From: Spirochaetota bacterium
GTDB lineage: Bacteria > Spirochaetota > UBA4802 > JAGODF01
Assembly (NCBI GenBank): GCA_029974015.1
Contig: JARKUF010000017.1
Location: forward strand, 16,206-80,205
DNA length: 64,000 nucleotides
Direction: 5' to 3'
Part shown: piece by piece, positions 37,587 to 46,717 of the stretch
How positions within the stretch are numbered: position 1 is the stretch's first letter
Layout of the letters: every line of letters begins with the position of its first letter
Program-made: the position numbers and the translations under genes
Notes under the pieces: generated by a model
What the model saw: the letters and a program-made list of their open reading frames with translations, nothing else
The model's database searches: none
Told to the model about the DNA's origin: nothing

Positions 37587-38251
37587 TGAGTTCAAACAAG
37601 AAAAACCTCATATACAAGGGCCTGGCCATTGCTTTCAGCATAATGTTCTTTTCCCTTCTTTTCGCCCAGATGATCTACAACAAAAGGGTAAACCTTCTCG
37701 ATGAGGGAATCGACAATTTAAGGAACGAAATAAATGAGGATAAGCTTTTTCTCGCCTTTTCCGACCAGTTCTCGAGCGATGTTAGCATCTGCAAAAGCAT
37801 CGAGAAGTACATGGTCGGCCTGTCGAACAAGGTATTCCAGACCGGAAAACACATCGAAAGGGTGTACAAGGAAGACCAGGACCTGGAAAAGTTCAAAGCG
37901 ATCCAGAAGGAATGGGTGTATCTCAATATAGAGCTATGGCTCAAATTGGTCAAATTCAACAAGGTGTGTCCTAAAAACAGGAGTTACATTCTGTATTTTT
38001 ATCCCTACGACTGCAACGAATGCGCGCCGTATTCAAATACCCTCAACAAGCTTAATACTCAGTACGGCGACGATCTGTGGCTTTTTTCTATTCCCGCCGA
38101 GATCGACGTAAAGATGGTGGGGACAATCAGGAATTATTTCGGGGTAAAGGACCTTCCCGCCGTGGTTGTCAACGGGAAACTACTGGAGGGTGACAACATC
38201 CCCCAACTCATAGAGAAAACGCTCCAGAAAGTCCACCTGCAGAAGAAATAA
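37586..38251 (+). CDS. Membrane-anchored thioredoxin-fold protein
   Basis: N-terminal TM helix; ILYFYPYDCNEC (CxxC); cis-Pro motif LPAVVVNG; TAATG overlap with the GT2 gene. Confidence 0.72.
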   Translation: MSSNKKNLIYKGLAIAFSIMFFSLLFAQMIYNKRVNLLDEGIDNLRNEINEDKLFLAFSDQFSSDVSICKSIEKYMVGLSNKVFQTGKHIERVYKEDQDLEKFKAIQKEWVYLNIELWLKLVKFNKVCPKNRSYILYFYPYDCNECAPYSNTLNKLNTQYGDDLWLFSIPAEIDVKMVGTIRNYFGVKDLPAVVVNGKLLEGDNIPQLIEKTLQKVHLQKK

Positions 38252-38260
38252 CGGCAGTTT

Positions 38261-39319
38261 TCAATCTCCGACGTCGAAGAGGCCCTTCTGGTCGTTCCTC
38301 TCGATCTTCAAATTGAACTCCAATCCCAGATGTTCATAGGCAAGACGGGTCGCCACGCGGCCCCTCGGTGTTCTTTTTAGGAGCCCCGCCTGGACGAGGA
38401 AAGGTTCGTAGAAATCTTCAAGGGTGTCTATCTCCTCACCAACGGAGATGGCGATATTTTTCACGCCCACGGGCCCGCCATCAAATTTCTGGATGATGGT
38501 TAACATGATCGTACGGTCCATTTCATCAAGCCCAAGATTGTCGATGTCGAGTTTTTGAAGCGCGAACCGGGCGATATCGAGGTCGATCTTTTTCCCTCCC
38601 TGGACTACCGCAAAATCCGCCACGCGCTTAAGTAGCCTGTTGATTATTCTCGGTGTTCTCCTCGACCTCTCGGCGATTTCCCTCGCAGCCTCGGTCGTGA
38701 TTTCCACATTGAGAATTCCGGCTGTCCTCACGGCGATTTCCTGTAAATCGCCTGTTTCGTAGTAATTGAGACGCAGGGGAATTCCAAACCTGTCGCGCAG
38801 GGCCGCCGTGAGCAGTCCCGTCCTCGTCGTTGCGCCGATGAGCGTGAAGGGGGCCAGATTGATCTTAATCGATTTCGCCGCCATGCCCTGACCGATGATG
38901 ATATCGATGGAAAGGTCCTCCATGGCCGGGTACAGTATCTCCTCCACTGCCGGGGAAAGGCGATGTATTTCATCGATGAATAGCACGTCGTTTTCCTCAA
39001 GGGCCGTAAGGATGGAGGCAAGATCTCCCGTCTTGTCAATCACCGGCGCCGAGGTGGCCCTAATGTTCACACCGAGTTCGTTGGAGATGATGTGGGCGAG
39101 GGTGGTTTTTCCAAGGCCTGGAGGCCCTGCCAGGAGAACGTGGTCGAGGGGCTTGGACCGCATTTTCGAAGACTGAATGAAGACGGTGAGGTTTTCTACT
39201 ATTTTTCCCTGGCCTATGAATTCTGAAAGCCTTCTCGGGCGCAGGGATTTTTCAATATCATCCTCGCCGGTCTTTCGGGCGTCCACCAGTCTGGAAAGGT
39301 TTTCCGCGTCGGCAGTCAC
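38261..39319 (-). CDS. ruvB: Holliday junction branch migration helicase RuvB
   Basis: [40 protein letters not shown]; GTG start overlapping the upstream stop (GTGA). Confidence 0.96.
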   Translation of the reverse strand: MTADAENLSRLVDARKTGEDDIEKSLRPRRLSEFIGQGKIVENLTVFIQSSKMRSKPLDHVLLAGPPGLGKTTLAHIISNELGVNIRATSAPVIDKTGDLASILTALEENDVLFIDEIHRLSPAVEEILYPAMEDLSIDIIIGQGMAAKSIKINLAPFTLIGATTRTGLLTAALRDRFGIPLRLNYYETGDLQEIAVRTAGILNVEITTEAAREIAERSRRTPRIINRLLKRVADFAVVQGGKKIDLDIARFALQKLDIDNLGLDEMDRTIMLTIIQKFDGGPVGVKNIAISVGEEIDTLEDFYEPFLVQAGLLKRTPRGRVATRLAYEHLGLEFNLKIERNDQKGLFDVGD

Positions 39320-39789
39320 TTCTTCGCCGTCTCCTCGAAGGCCTTGATTGCCTTGAGTATCTGTGAGGCAGATTTCAGGGTGAAAAGTTCTTCCCGTAAG
39401 GGATCGTTGTTCATAAGTTTGGCGATGTTCGCCAGGGTTTTGATATGCTGGGTAAGCTTGTTTTTCGGTACGATGAGAAGGATGGCTATGCGTACGGGAA
39501 GGCCGTCCACTGAATCGAAATCGATGCCATCGCGGCACATCGACATGATGATAACGATGTCGTTCACCAGGTCGGTGGAGCAGTGGGGTATCGCAACTCC
39601 TTTGCCAATTCCCGTGCTCATGGATTTTTCCCGCTCAATCAGTGCGGATTTCAAGAATTCCCGGTCCTTCGAGTCGACTTCCCCGTTTCGAACAGCGAGT
39701 TCGAGCATTTCATTGATAAGCTCCCACCGGTTTTTTGAACGGGGTTCGATGAGGATGTTTGCTTTCTTCAGGCTGTTTGTTAAAATCAT
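39316..39789 (-). CDS. Stand-alone PTS EIIA (Ntr/Fru-type) protein
   Basis: [19 protein letters not shown] signature. Confidence 0.88.
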   Translation of the reverse strand: MILTNSLKKANILIEPRSKNRWELINEMLELAVRNGEVDSKDREFLKSALIEREKSMSTGIGKGVAIPHCSTDLVNDIVIIMSMCRDGIDFDSVDGLPVRIAILLIVPKNKLTQHIKTLANIAKLMNNDPLREELFTLKSASQILKAIKAFEETAKK

Positions 39790-39808
39790 AGATAGACCGG
39801 AAAAACCG

Positions 39809-40654
39809 TCAATGGATTCTGATAATCTCAGTATTCCTCGGGACGTCCAGTAAAAGGTCCTTTTGAGGGTTGATTTTATGGTTAAAATCGATATTTGTTA
39901 TTTTCACGCTGATCCTGTCACCGGTCCCCAAAGAGATAAATCGGATTGATTTATAGTAAAGAATATTACCGGACTTAACCGGATTTTCAAGGTAGAATTC
40001 CATCTTGTCCCTGGTTCCTCTGTGAAGCAGCATTATACCAATTGGGATATCGTCTTTGAGGGAGATTGTCTGGTACTGGTTTAAATTTTCAAGAATAATA
40101 AAATAGTCACCGCCTGAACCGATTTCCGGGCCAGTCTGTGCAATCCCTTGTTTCACAGTATAGCCCGCAATGAGGGGGATTTTGCCAATGGCAAGAGAAC
40201 TGATAAACCTGTAATCCACCGGAACGTCGACATAACTTTTTAAGTCGATCAGGTCGGAGTTGTCAAGGTAGAGTTTCTTTTCTACCGGCATATAAAATTT
40301 CAGAGACCTGTCTTCCTGGAGCACCACGGTCATGGGACTTTTGAATACGCTGTCAATGAAGGTTATCCTGGTTTTTTTCATTGAAGCGCTGTGTACCATT
40401 TCACCCATCGTTTTAAATTTTTTGTTTTTTCCCACCCTGCCTTCAACGACGAATCCAGCCTTGAATGCCGACGGGGCCCTCTCGTTTATTTTATCGATTT
40501 TTTTAATGAGGCTTTTTATCTTGTCACCCCCCACGTCTTTCTTGTCCCTGTCTCCCGCTACGGAGCGACCGGCACAGGATACCGCTATGGCGAGACAGGC
40601 CAGGAAAGAGGCGGTTATACCGGCGGTTGTTTTTAGAATGGTGATTTTTCTCAT
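39809..40654 (-). CDS. Putative lipoprotein, beta-rich (possibly LolA/LolB- or DUF4292-like)
   Basis: Lipobox IAVSC; beta-strand-rich composition; overlaps the TPR gene stop (ATGA-type coupling region). The family call is an inference. Confidence 0.6.
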   Translation of the reverse strand: MRKITILKTTAGITASFLACLAIAVSCAGRSVAGDRDKKDVGGDKIKSLIKKIDKINERAPSAFKAGFVVEGRVGKNKKFKTMGEMVHSASMKKTRITFIDSVFKSPMTVVLQEDRSLKFYMPVEKKLYLDNSDLIDLKSYVDVPVDYRFISSLAIGKIPLIAGYTVKQGIAQTGPEIGSGGDYFIILENLNQYQTISLKDDIPIGIMLLHRGTRDKMEFYLENPVKSGNILYYKSIRFISLGTGDRISVKITNIDFNHKINPQKDLLLDVPRNTEIIRIH

Positions 40655-42519
40655 TTAATTATTCCTCCGCCATGGGATTCGATTTTCCGCTGTAGTTCCG
40701 CTGATTTTTGCAGACGGTACGCTTTTTTCCAGTACATAATCGCGTCGTCCTTGCTTCCGGTCATAAGATATGTATCCCCGATATGATCATATACTACGGG
40801 ATCGGGGGCCCCTTCCCCGTCCAGCTTCCTTTCGGCTTCAAGGAGCTTTTCCAGGGCCTCCCGATAACGCCCCTGGCGGTAGTACGCCCAACCCAGGGAA
40901 TCCAAATAGGCGCCGTTTCCGGGCTCAAGCTCAAGGGCTTTCTCCACGAGCTTTACCGACTCTTCAAGGTTCATATTCCTGTCGGCAAAAAGATATCCCA
41001 GATAGTTGTAGACCCTGGAATTGGCGGGGTTCAGTTGGATGGCCCGTTTCAGGGAATCGATAGTCTGATGTATTTTGTTCTGTTTCTCCTGTACTGTGGC
41101 GAGGTAGAAGTAATAGAGATCGTCCTCCTTGAGGCGTATGGCTTTTTTCATGTTGATTTCGGCCTGACGGTACTTTTCAGTATACGTGTAGGTCAGCCCT
41201 TTGAGGAAGTAGGACTGGGAAAAACCAGGTTCTAGTTTGATGGCGTTATCGTAATACTTGATGGCTTCAGAGTAATTGTTTTTCTGAGAATAGAGGTATC
41301 CGATGTGTACCAGCACTTTGCTGTTTTCTTTGAGCTCATTGGACTTGAGGTAATTGAGGACCGCCATATCGAACATTTCTTTCTCTTCGTATACTTTTCC
41401 AAGGTAGGTGTATATTTCAGGTATGCGGTCTTTAATCGCTAATACTTTCTGAAACATTCGAAGAGACTCATCATAGAGGCCGACATTGTGAAACAGGATG
41501 CCGGAAGTGAAATACTCCGCCAATGCCTTTTCCGATTCGTTTTTTCGATGGTAGGTATTCCCTAATGCGACATGGGGCGATATATATCTGGGATACTTCC
41601 TTATGATGAATTTCAACATTTCATAGTTCTCTTCGTCACGGTGCTGCATCTCCATGAGGAGGGACCGCGCCAGCAGTCCCTCCGGGTCCATTTTTTCCGA
41701 CGCTTTTCTTAGATGCGGCAGTGCCTTGAGATCGTCCCGCAGATAGTACACCCTCCCCAGGTACCCATGGATGCGGGGATCATCATCGAAATTCTCGAGA
41801 TAGAATTCACAGTATTTTTGCACTTCGCCGATTCTGTGATAATCCATCAATAAACCCGCGAGGATATTGTACGCTGAGCTGTTTGTTCGGTTGTTCTCCG
41901 CCACGGTTTTAAAATGGTTGATCGACTTCTCATGTTCCCCTTTACGGTAATAAATGTATCCGGCATAATAATGGGAATATTCCAGGAAATATTCCTCCAC
42001 AGTCTGTTCCTTCGACAATTCGATTATTCGTTCGAAATGGTCCAGGGCCTTCTCCTGGTCCTTCAGCCTGGTGTAGTAAAGATTTCCCAGTGTGTAATGG
42101 GCGTTGACCTCGTCCGGGTATTTTTTTACCAGGGACTCAAGTATGCCCGTGGCCCCGCCATAATCCTTAAGCCGCATATATGCGTTGTAGGAAAGGTAAT
42201 ACGGCTTTTTAAAACTGTCGTCCTTTTCTATGGCAAGCCGGGCATACTTGTCGGCTTTCTCGAATTCGTTCTTGTAGAAATGACATCCCGCCATCTGGAA
42301 ATATACGCGGTGCATTTCTTTTTTTGAACCGAGGGCTTTCTCGAAATACTCAAGTGCAGTGTCATATTCTTTTAGGGATTTGTGGTACAGACCCATACTG
42401 TAGTCGTACCAGTCCCCGGCAATGGAATGGGCCTCGCCCTCGGCGGGAAAGCTTGACTGGGCGAAAAGAACTGCCGCCGGGAACATGGTGAGTACGAGCG
42501 AAAGAAGTACAATTTTCAT
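40651..42519 (-). CDS. Exported multi-TPR protein
   Basis: Signal peptide; many TPRs; C-terminal NYLGY...YLDSLGWAYYRQG motif. Confidence 0.88.
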   Translation of the reverse strand: MKIVLLSLVLTMFPAAVLFAQSSFPAEGEAHSIAGDWYDYSMGLYHKSLKEYDTALEYFEKALGSKKEMHRVYFQMAGCHFYKNEFEKADKYARLAIEKDDSFKKPYYLSYNAYMRLKDYGGATGILESLVKKYPDEVNAHYTLGNLYYTRLKDQEKALDHFERIIELSKEQTVEEYFLEYSHYYAGYIYYRKGEHEKSINHFKTVAENNRTNSSAYNILAGLLMDYHRIGEVQKYCEFYLENFDDDPRIHGYLGRVYYLRDDLKALPHLRKASEKMDPEGLLARSLLMEMQHRDEENYEMLKFIIRKYPRYISPHVALGNTYHRKNESEKALAEYFTSGILFHNVGLYDESLRMFQKVLAIKDRIPEIYTYLGKVYEEKEMFDMAVLNYLKSNELKENSKVLVHIGYLYSQKNNYSEAIKYYDNAIKLEPGFSQSYFLKGLTYTYTEKYRQAEINMKKAIRLKEDDLYYFYLATVQEKQNKIHQTIDSLKRAIQLNPANSRVYNYLGYLFADRNMNLEESVKLVEKALELEPGNGAYLDSLGWAYYRQGRYREALEKLLEAERKLDGEGAPDPVVYDHIGDTYLMTGSKDDAIMYWKKAYRLQKSAELQRKIESHGGGIIK

Positions 42520-42640
42520 TAGGTGTATCCAGCAGGTCGGAAAAGTCTGCTATGTGCGCATCTTTTACCGTCTTTTTAAATATTTGGGCCGCCTCATGAG
42601 GGCGGACCACTTCTCCAAAGGCAAGTAATATATGGCAACT

Positions 42641-42791
42641 TTTAAGGGCAGTCACAAAAACTTCGTTTTCCCGCCCGCCTTCTGCGGGCGGGAAAACCAA
42701 AGTCTTGATTATGACAGCAGTTATAATTTATGGGGCCTCGAAAAATATATTTTTTTGAGGTCTCACACGAGTATTTGTGACTGCCCTTAAA
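42641..42791 (+). mobile_element. MITE-like complete element with perfect 18-bp terminal inverted repeats including flanking TTAA
   Basis: TTTAAGGGCAGTCACAAA (42641-42658) is the exact reverse complement of TTTGTGACTGCCCTTAAA (42774-42791). Contains hairpin A (42665-42697) and palindrome B (about 42729-42765). No coding capacity. Confidence 0.78.
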
Positions 42792-42872
42792 TATTTAGAG
42801 GTACCCATATAATGATATCAGTAAATCGTCAATAATACAAATCAAATATGCAAACAACAACAAATAAAACTT

Positions 42873-42997
42873 CATGGGGCCTTTAAAAATTGAATTTTTC
42901 AAGGCCCCATTTATTGTGACAACTGACAAGTTCAGGACTTAGGTTGTCCCGCCCGCCGAAGACGGGCGGGACAACCTAAGTCCTGTGACTACCCTTG
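42873..42997 (-). repeat. Intergenic element copy (reverse)
   Basis: ATGGGGCCTTTAAAAATTGAATTTTTCAAGGCCCCAT; 53-bp hairpin at 42933-42985; ends in TGTGACTACCCTT. Confidence 0.88.
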
Positions 42998-43168
42998 ATA
43001 TGCACCATTTTCCCAATATCGAAAGCTTTCTTAAAGGGAAATGTCCTCCCGCGGATCGCTGTACCGTGCTTTATGGGGCAGGACTGTTAACCGTCACAGG
43101 GGCCTTGTTTCAAGGTCTTACACCGAAAACAAGTTGATTTTCATCCCGCCTTTTTTATACTATTCCAC

Positions 43169-44125
43169 ATGGGATTGGGGAAAACCATAGTGGTGAAACT
43201 GGCGTGTGTATTCATAATTGTAAAAAACCGCCTGATACGGACTTTTGCGAGAGTAAAGGGCTTTTTCTGCAATGATCTGCGCCAGGCTTTCAGGTATTTC
43301 GAATTACATAATGGCGAATTGTCCACATGCGCCATGGCTTTTTTTCTGTTGATATCGTTCATTCCCGTATCACTGGTCATTATATCCGCGATGAGTTTTT
43401 TTTACCCTTCGGAGAACCTTGCGGCAAGCTCCTACCTCACCCAGATAAAAAACCTCCTCCCATCCATTCAGATGGACAGGTTCATAGCGAACATCGACCG
43501 CATCGTGTACCAGAAGCGTTATCTTGCGTTTTTCTGGGTGCCGTTCCTCTTCTGGTGGGGAAGCCTCGTTTTCGACATAGTGGAGCGGGCCCTGGAGTTC
43601 GCCTTCCGGATAGGTCAGGGGAGGAAATACTGGAAAGCCAAAATACGTCATTTCCTCATCATAATCGGCATCAGCCTCCTGGCCGTCATCCTTACCCTCT
43701 TTTCAAACGTAATTGCCATAATAAAAAACGAATTCATATCCGAATTCATCGGGAAGAATCTGCAGGGGCTCACATTCTTCGGGGCAAATGTGGTCAAACT
43801 CATCCAGGCCCCATTCATACTGCCCGCTATCTTCACCCTTTCGGTAAACACCACCTTGATATTCCTTCTTTACAAGTTCGTGCCTCCCCGGAAGCTCGAC
43901 AACATGTCGATGTTCAAAGGGGCCCTTTTTGCTTCACTAAGCTACGAGTTGATCAAGCTTTTGTTTTCGTATTACATAACCGAAATAAATGACTACACCT
44001 CGATATTCGGTTCCCTGAGCGTCGTGGTGATACTCATGATCTGGATATGGTACACCTGCTTTCTTTTCGTCTTTGGGGCCGAGATGGCATGGGTATTTTA
44101 CGAAAACAGGCAGAGACTCCACTGA
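43169..44125 (+). CDS. YihY/BrkB family inner membrane protein
   Basis: AMAFFLLISFIP, LYKFVP, FGSLSVVVILMIWIWY..LFVFGAE; start uncertain. Confidence 0.88.
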   Translation: MGLGKTIVVKLACVFIIVKNRLIRTFARVKGFFCNDLRQAFRYFELHNGELSTCAMAFFLLISFIPVSLVIISAMSFFYPSENLAASSYLTQIKNLLPSIQMDRFIANIDRIVYQKRYLAFFWVPFLFWWGSLVFDIVERALEFAFRIGQGRKYWKAKIRHFLIIIGISLLAVILTLFSNVIAIIKNEFISEFIGKNLQGLTFFGANVVKLIQAPFILPAIFTLSVNTTLIFLLYKFVPPRKLDNMSMFKGALFASLSYELIKLLFSYYITEINDYTSIFGSLSVVVILMIWIWYTCFLFVFGAEMAWVFYENRQRLH

Positions 44126-44135
44126 GAAATGGGCC

Positions 44136-44933
44136 TCATCGGGGGCGGAACGCCGTGAGCCGAAAATCAACGAGTATTGATTCCGCGTAATCCCTCACCC
44201 GGATCATTGAGCCGTATCCCGTGTGCCGGGCGAAGTTTTCGAGGATTTTTTTTCTCTGCTCTCCTTGAAGATACAGCTTGTCAAAAAGGAGGGGGAGCTC
44301 CCACTCCGCGTTTTTTTCCTGGAGGAGTTCGTCGACGAAATCAATGATGGTGAAAAATACGAAGGCCCCTTCTTTAAGGAAAGAGTTCCTGTCCTTTTCT
44401 ATTTCGAGGTCGGTTACCCCTTGCCTTTCTAAAAGAAGGATATGGTCCTCAACTCTTTTGGGATTGCGTTTCCCCGTAGGCACAAACAGGTACGTAAGCT
44501 GTTCTTCGATTGTCAGGGCCTTACCCCGGTAGGGGCCTTTCCTGATGATGTAGGGGATGATGGGGTAAAGGTGCCGGGACAGTTCGACGCCTGCGCCAAT
44601 AAAAAGAGGAAGTTCGAGGCCCGCCCTCGGATGAAAAGGAAGCTCGGGATATTTCCGGATACGGGCGATGTTCTCTTCTATGATGCGGTCTACTTTCCTG
44701 GTGAAATCATTTTTCCTCTTTTTCTTATCATATTGAGTGCGGATTTTTTCAAAATTAGTGATTTCAGCGAGAATAAATCCTTCGAGGTTCATTCTGTTTC
44801 GCACCGCCATAGAAAGTCTGTCGTTGAAGGCATTAATGTCGAACCAGCGCGGGCTGAATTTTTTCGCTGATTCAAGATACTTTCCGCGAAGTTTTTCTAT
44901 GAGCACTTCAATTTCTTTTTGGGAAAGCGACAT
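44136..44933 (-). CDS. Hypothetical protein
   Basis: Long ORF with protein-like composition from MSLSQKEIE (44933). Confidence 0.65.
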   Translation of the reverse strand: MSLSQKEIEVLIEKLRGKYLESAKKFSPRWFDINAFNDRLSMAVRNRMNLEGFILAEITNFEKIRTQYDKKKRKNDFTRKVDRIIEENIARIRKYPELPFHPRAGLELPLFIGAGVELSRHLYPIIPYIIRKGPYRGKALTIEEQLTYLFVPTGKRNPKRVEDHILLLERQGVTDLEIEKDRNSFLKEGAFVFFTIIDFVDELLQEKNAEWELPLLFDKLYLQGEQRKKILENFARHTGYGSMIRVRDYAESILVDFRLTAFRPR

Positions 44934-45104
44934 AATGGTTCCTATTATACACGGTATGTTGAACCAGTGTATGGGGCAGCCCTGATGGATGCGGCTCAGG
45001 AATGGCCTAAAATTTTGCAAAATAGCCGTGTGGGTTGGCCACCAATGGAGAAGAGAAGGACCGGGAGAGTAAAAAATCAAGAAATAATTGAAGGCAATCT
45101 ATGA

Positions 45105-45325
45105 GGGTAACCTCAAAATTGTGTTTTTTAGGTTCCCATTTATTGTAACTACAGATATAATCAGGACTAAGGCATTCCCACCCGCCTTTGACGGGCGGGA
45201 ATATTAATTATCAGGTTTTAACCTGAAAATTGCTTGTACAAAAAACATCAAATTCTTGTACCCTTTGCATGAGGCATACTCAGAACAAGGGTATTTCCCG
45301 CCCGCCTTCGGCGGGCGGGAAAACC
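45105..45325. repeat. Two element copies upstream of purM
   Basis: Palindrome B + TTGTAACTAC + ATTCCCACCCGCC..GGGCGGGAAT (45105-45202); TTTCCCGCCCGCCTTCGGCGGGCGGGAAA (45294-45322). Confidence 0.82.
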
Positions 45326-45357
45326 ATCGTTCTAAGTTTAAATATTGTGAGGCAACC

Positions 45358-46392
45358 ATGGGCCTGACCTACAGGGACTCCGGCGTAGACATCGACAAAG
45401 GGAACAGCTTTGTAAGGAGAATTATTCCGGAAGTTAAATCCACCTTCTCCCCAAGGGTGCTGACGGGTATCGGCGGCTTCGGGGCCCTCTTTTCCGGGGC
45501 CTTCCCCGGGCTTAAGGACCCCGTTCTGGTCTCCGGCACCGATGGGGTCGGGACAAAGATACGTATCGCTCAGATGATGAAAGTCCACGACACTATTGGA
45601 ATTGACGCCGTGGCCATGTGCGTGAACGACATCCTGACCTCCGGCGCTTCACCTCTTTTCTTTCTCGATTACCTGGCCTGCGGGAAGCTTGTGGAGGACG
45701 TCCTGGTCGATGTGGTCAGGGGTATTGCGGAAGGGTGCCGTCAGGCGGGCTGCAGCCTCGTGGGAGGGGAAACCGCCGAACATCCCGGCATCATGGCCGA
45801 GGAAGATTACGATATCGCCGGCTTTGCCGTGGGGGTAGTGGACAGGGAAAAGATCATCACCGGAGAGGCCATCGCCGCGGGAGATGTCGTAATAGGGCTT
45901 CCCTCTTCGGGGATCCATTCCAACGGGTTTTCCCTTGTGAGGAAACTTTTTTTCGACATGAAAAAATATACGGTGAATACGGTCATTGACGAACTGGGCG
46001 GGCCTCTGGGAAGGGCGCTTCTTGTTCCGACGAGGATTTACTGCAAGAGCGTTTTGGAGTGCATAAACACCGTTGGAGGGATAAAGGGCCTGGTGCACAT
46101 TACCGGGGGCGGGTTTTACGAAAACATTCCGCGTATCCTCCCCGGGAGTACGGCGGTTAAGATAGAAAAAAAATCATTCATCGTACCGCCGGTGTTCAGG
46201 GTTATGCAGAAGGAAGGAGCTATTGAAGATAGGGAGATGTTCACCACGTTCAATATGGGCATTGGCCTTATGCTCTTTTGTGACAGGAAAAACGCCGACG
46301 CGGTGATGCGTTCACTTTCCGGTTCCGGTGAAAGCCCGGCCGTCATAGGGGAAGTTTTGGAGAGCGGAGGAGAGAGGGTTTCGCTGGTTTAA
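45358..46392 (+). CDS. purM: Phosphoribosylformylglycinamidine cyclo-ligase
   Basis: TYRDSGVDI, TDGVGTK, GGETAE, SSGIHSNGFSL, HITGGG, TFNMG; start moved to ATG 45358. Confidence 0.96.
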   Translation: MGLTYRDSGVDIDKGNSFVRRIIPEVKSTFSPRVLTGIGGFGALFSGAFPGLKDPVLVSGTDGVGTKIRIAQMMKVHDTIGIDAVAMCVNDILTSGASPLFFLDYLACGKLVEDVLVDVVRGIAEGCRQAGCSLVGGETAEHPGIMAEEDYDIAGFAVGVVDREKIITGEAIAAGDVVIGLPSSGIHSNGFSLVRKLFFDMKKYTVNTVIDELGGPLGRALLVPTRIYCKSVLECINTVGGIKGLVHITGGGFYENIPRILPGSTAVKIEKKSFIVPPVFRVMQKEGAIEDREMFTTFNMGIGLMLFCDRKNADAVMRSLSGSGESPAVIGEVLESGGERVSLV

Positions 46393-46428
46393 GGGGTGAA
46401 AATTCGGCTGTCCGCTGACTTTCTGCAC

Positions 46429-46510
46429 TTGTAACTGCTGGAAAATGAAGGAATCATGTTTTTCCGCCCGCCTTCGGCGGGCGGAAAAACATGATTCCTT
46501 TACTGCCCTT
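46429..46510 (-). repeat. Element copy with perfect 25-bp-arm palindrome
   Basis: AAGGAATCATGTTTTTCCGCCCGCC-TTC-GGCGGGCGGAAAAACATGATTCCTT (46448-46500), flanked by TTGTAACTGCTGG and ACTGCCCTT. Confidence 0.88.
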
Positions 46511-46717
46511 TTTTTATTGACAAAATCGGCATTGTTACCGAAGAATAGTTTGTATGAACCCCGGGGCAATGAAATTTGCGCTGTTCTGGCGAGTGTCGTT
46601 CCAAACACCTTTATTTTCATCATCCGCGCAGTTTACCTCGCATTTCACATGAGCATGCATCCTAATAAAATGCAGGCGCTTTTTTTCATGATACTTTCTG
46701 TATAAGGAGACGTTCCA

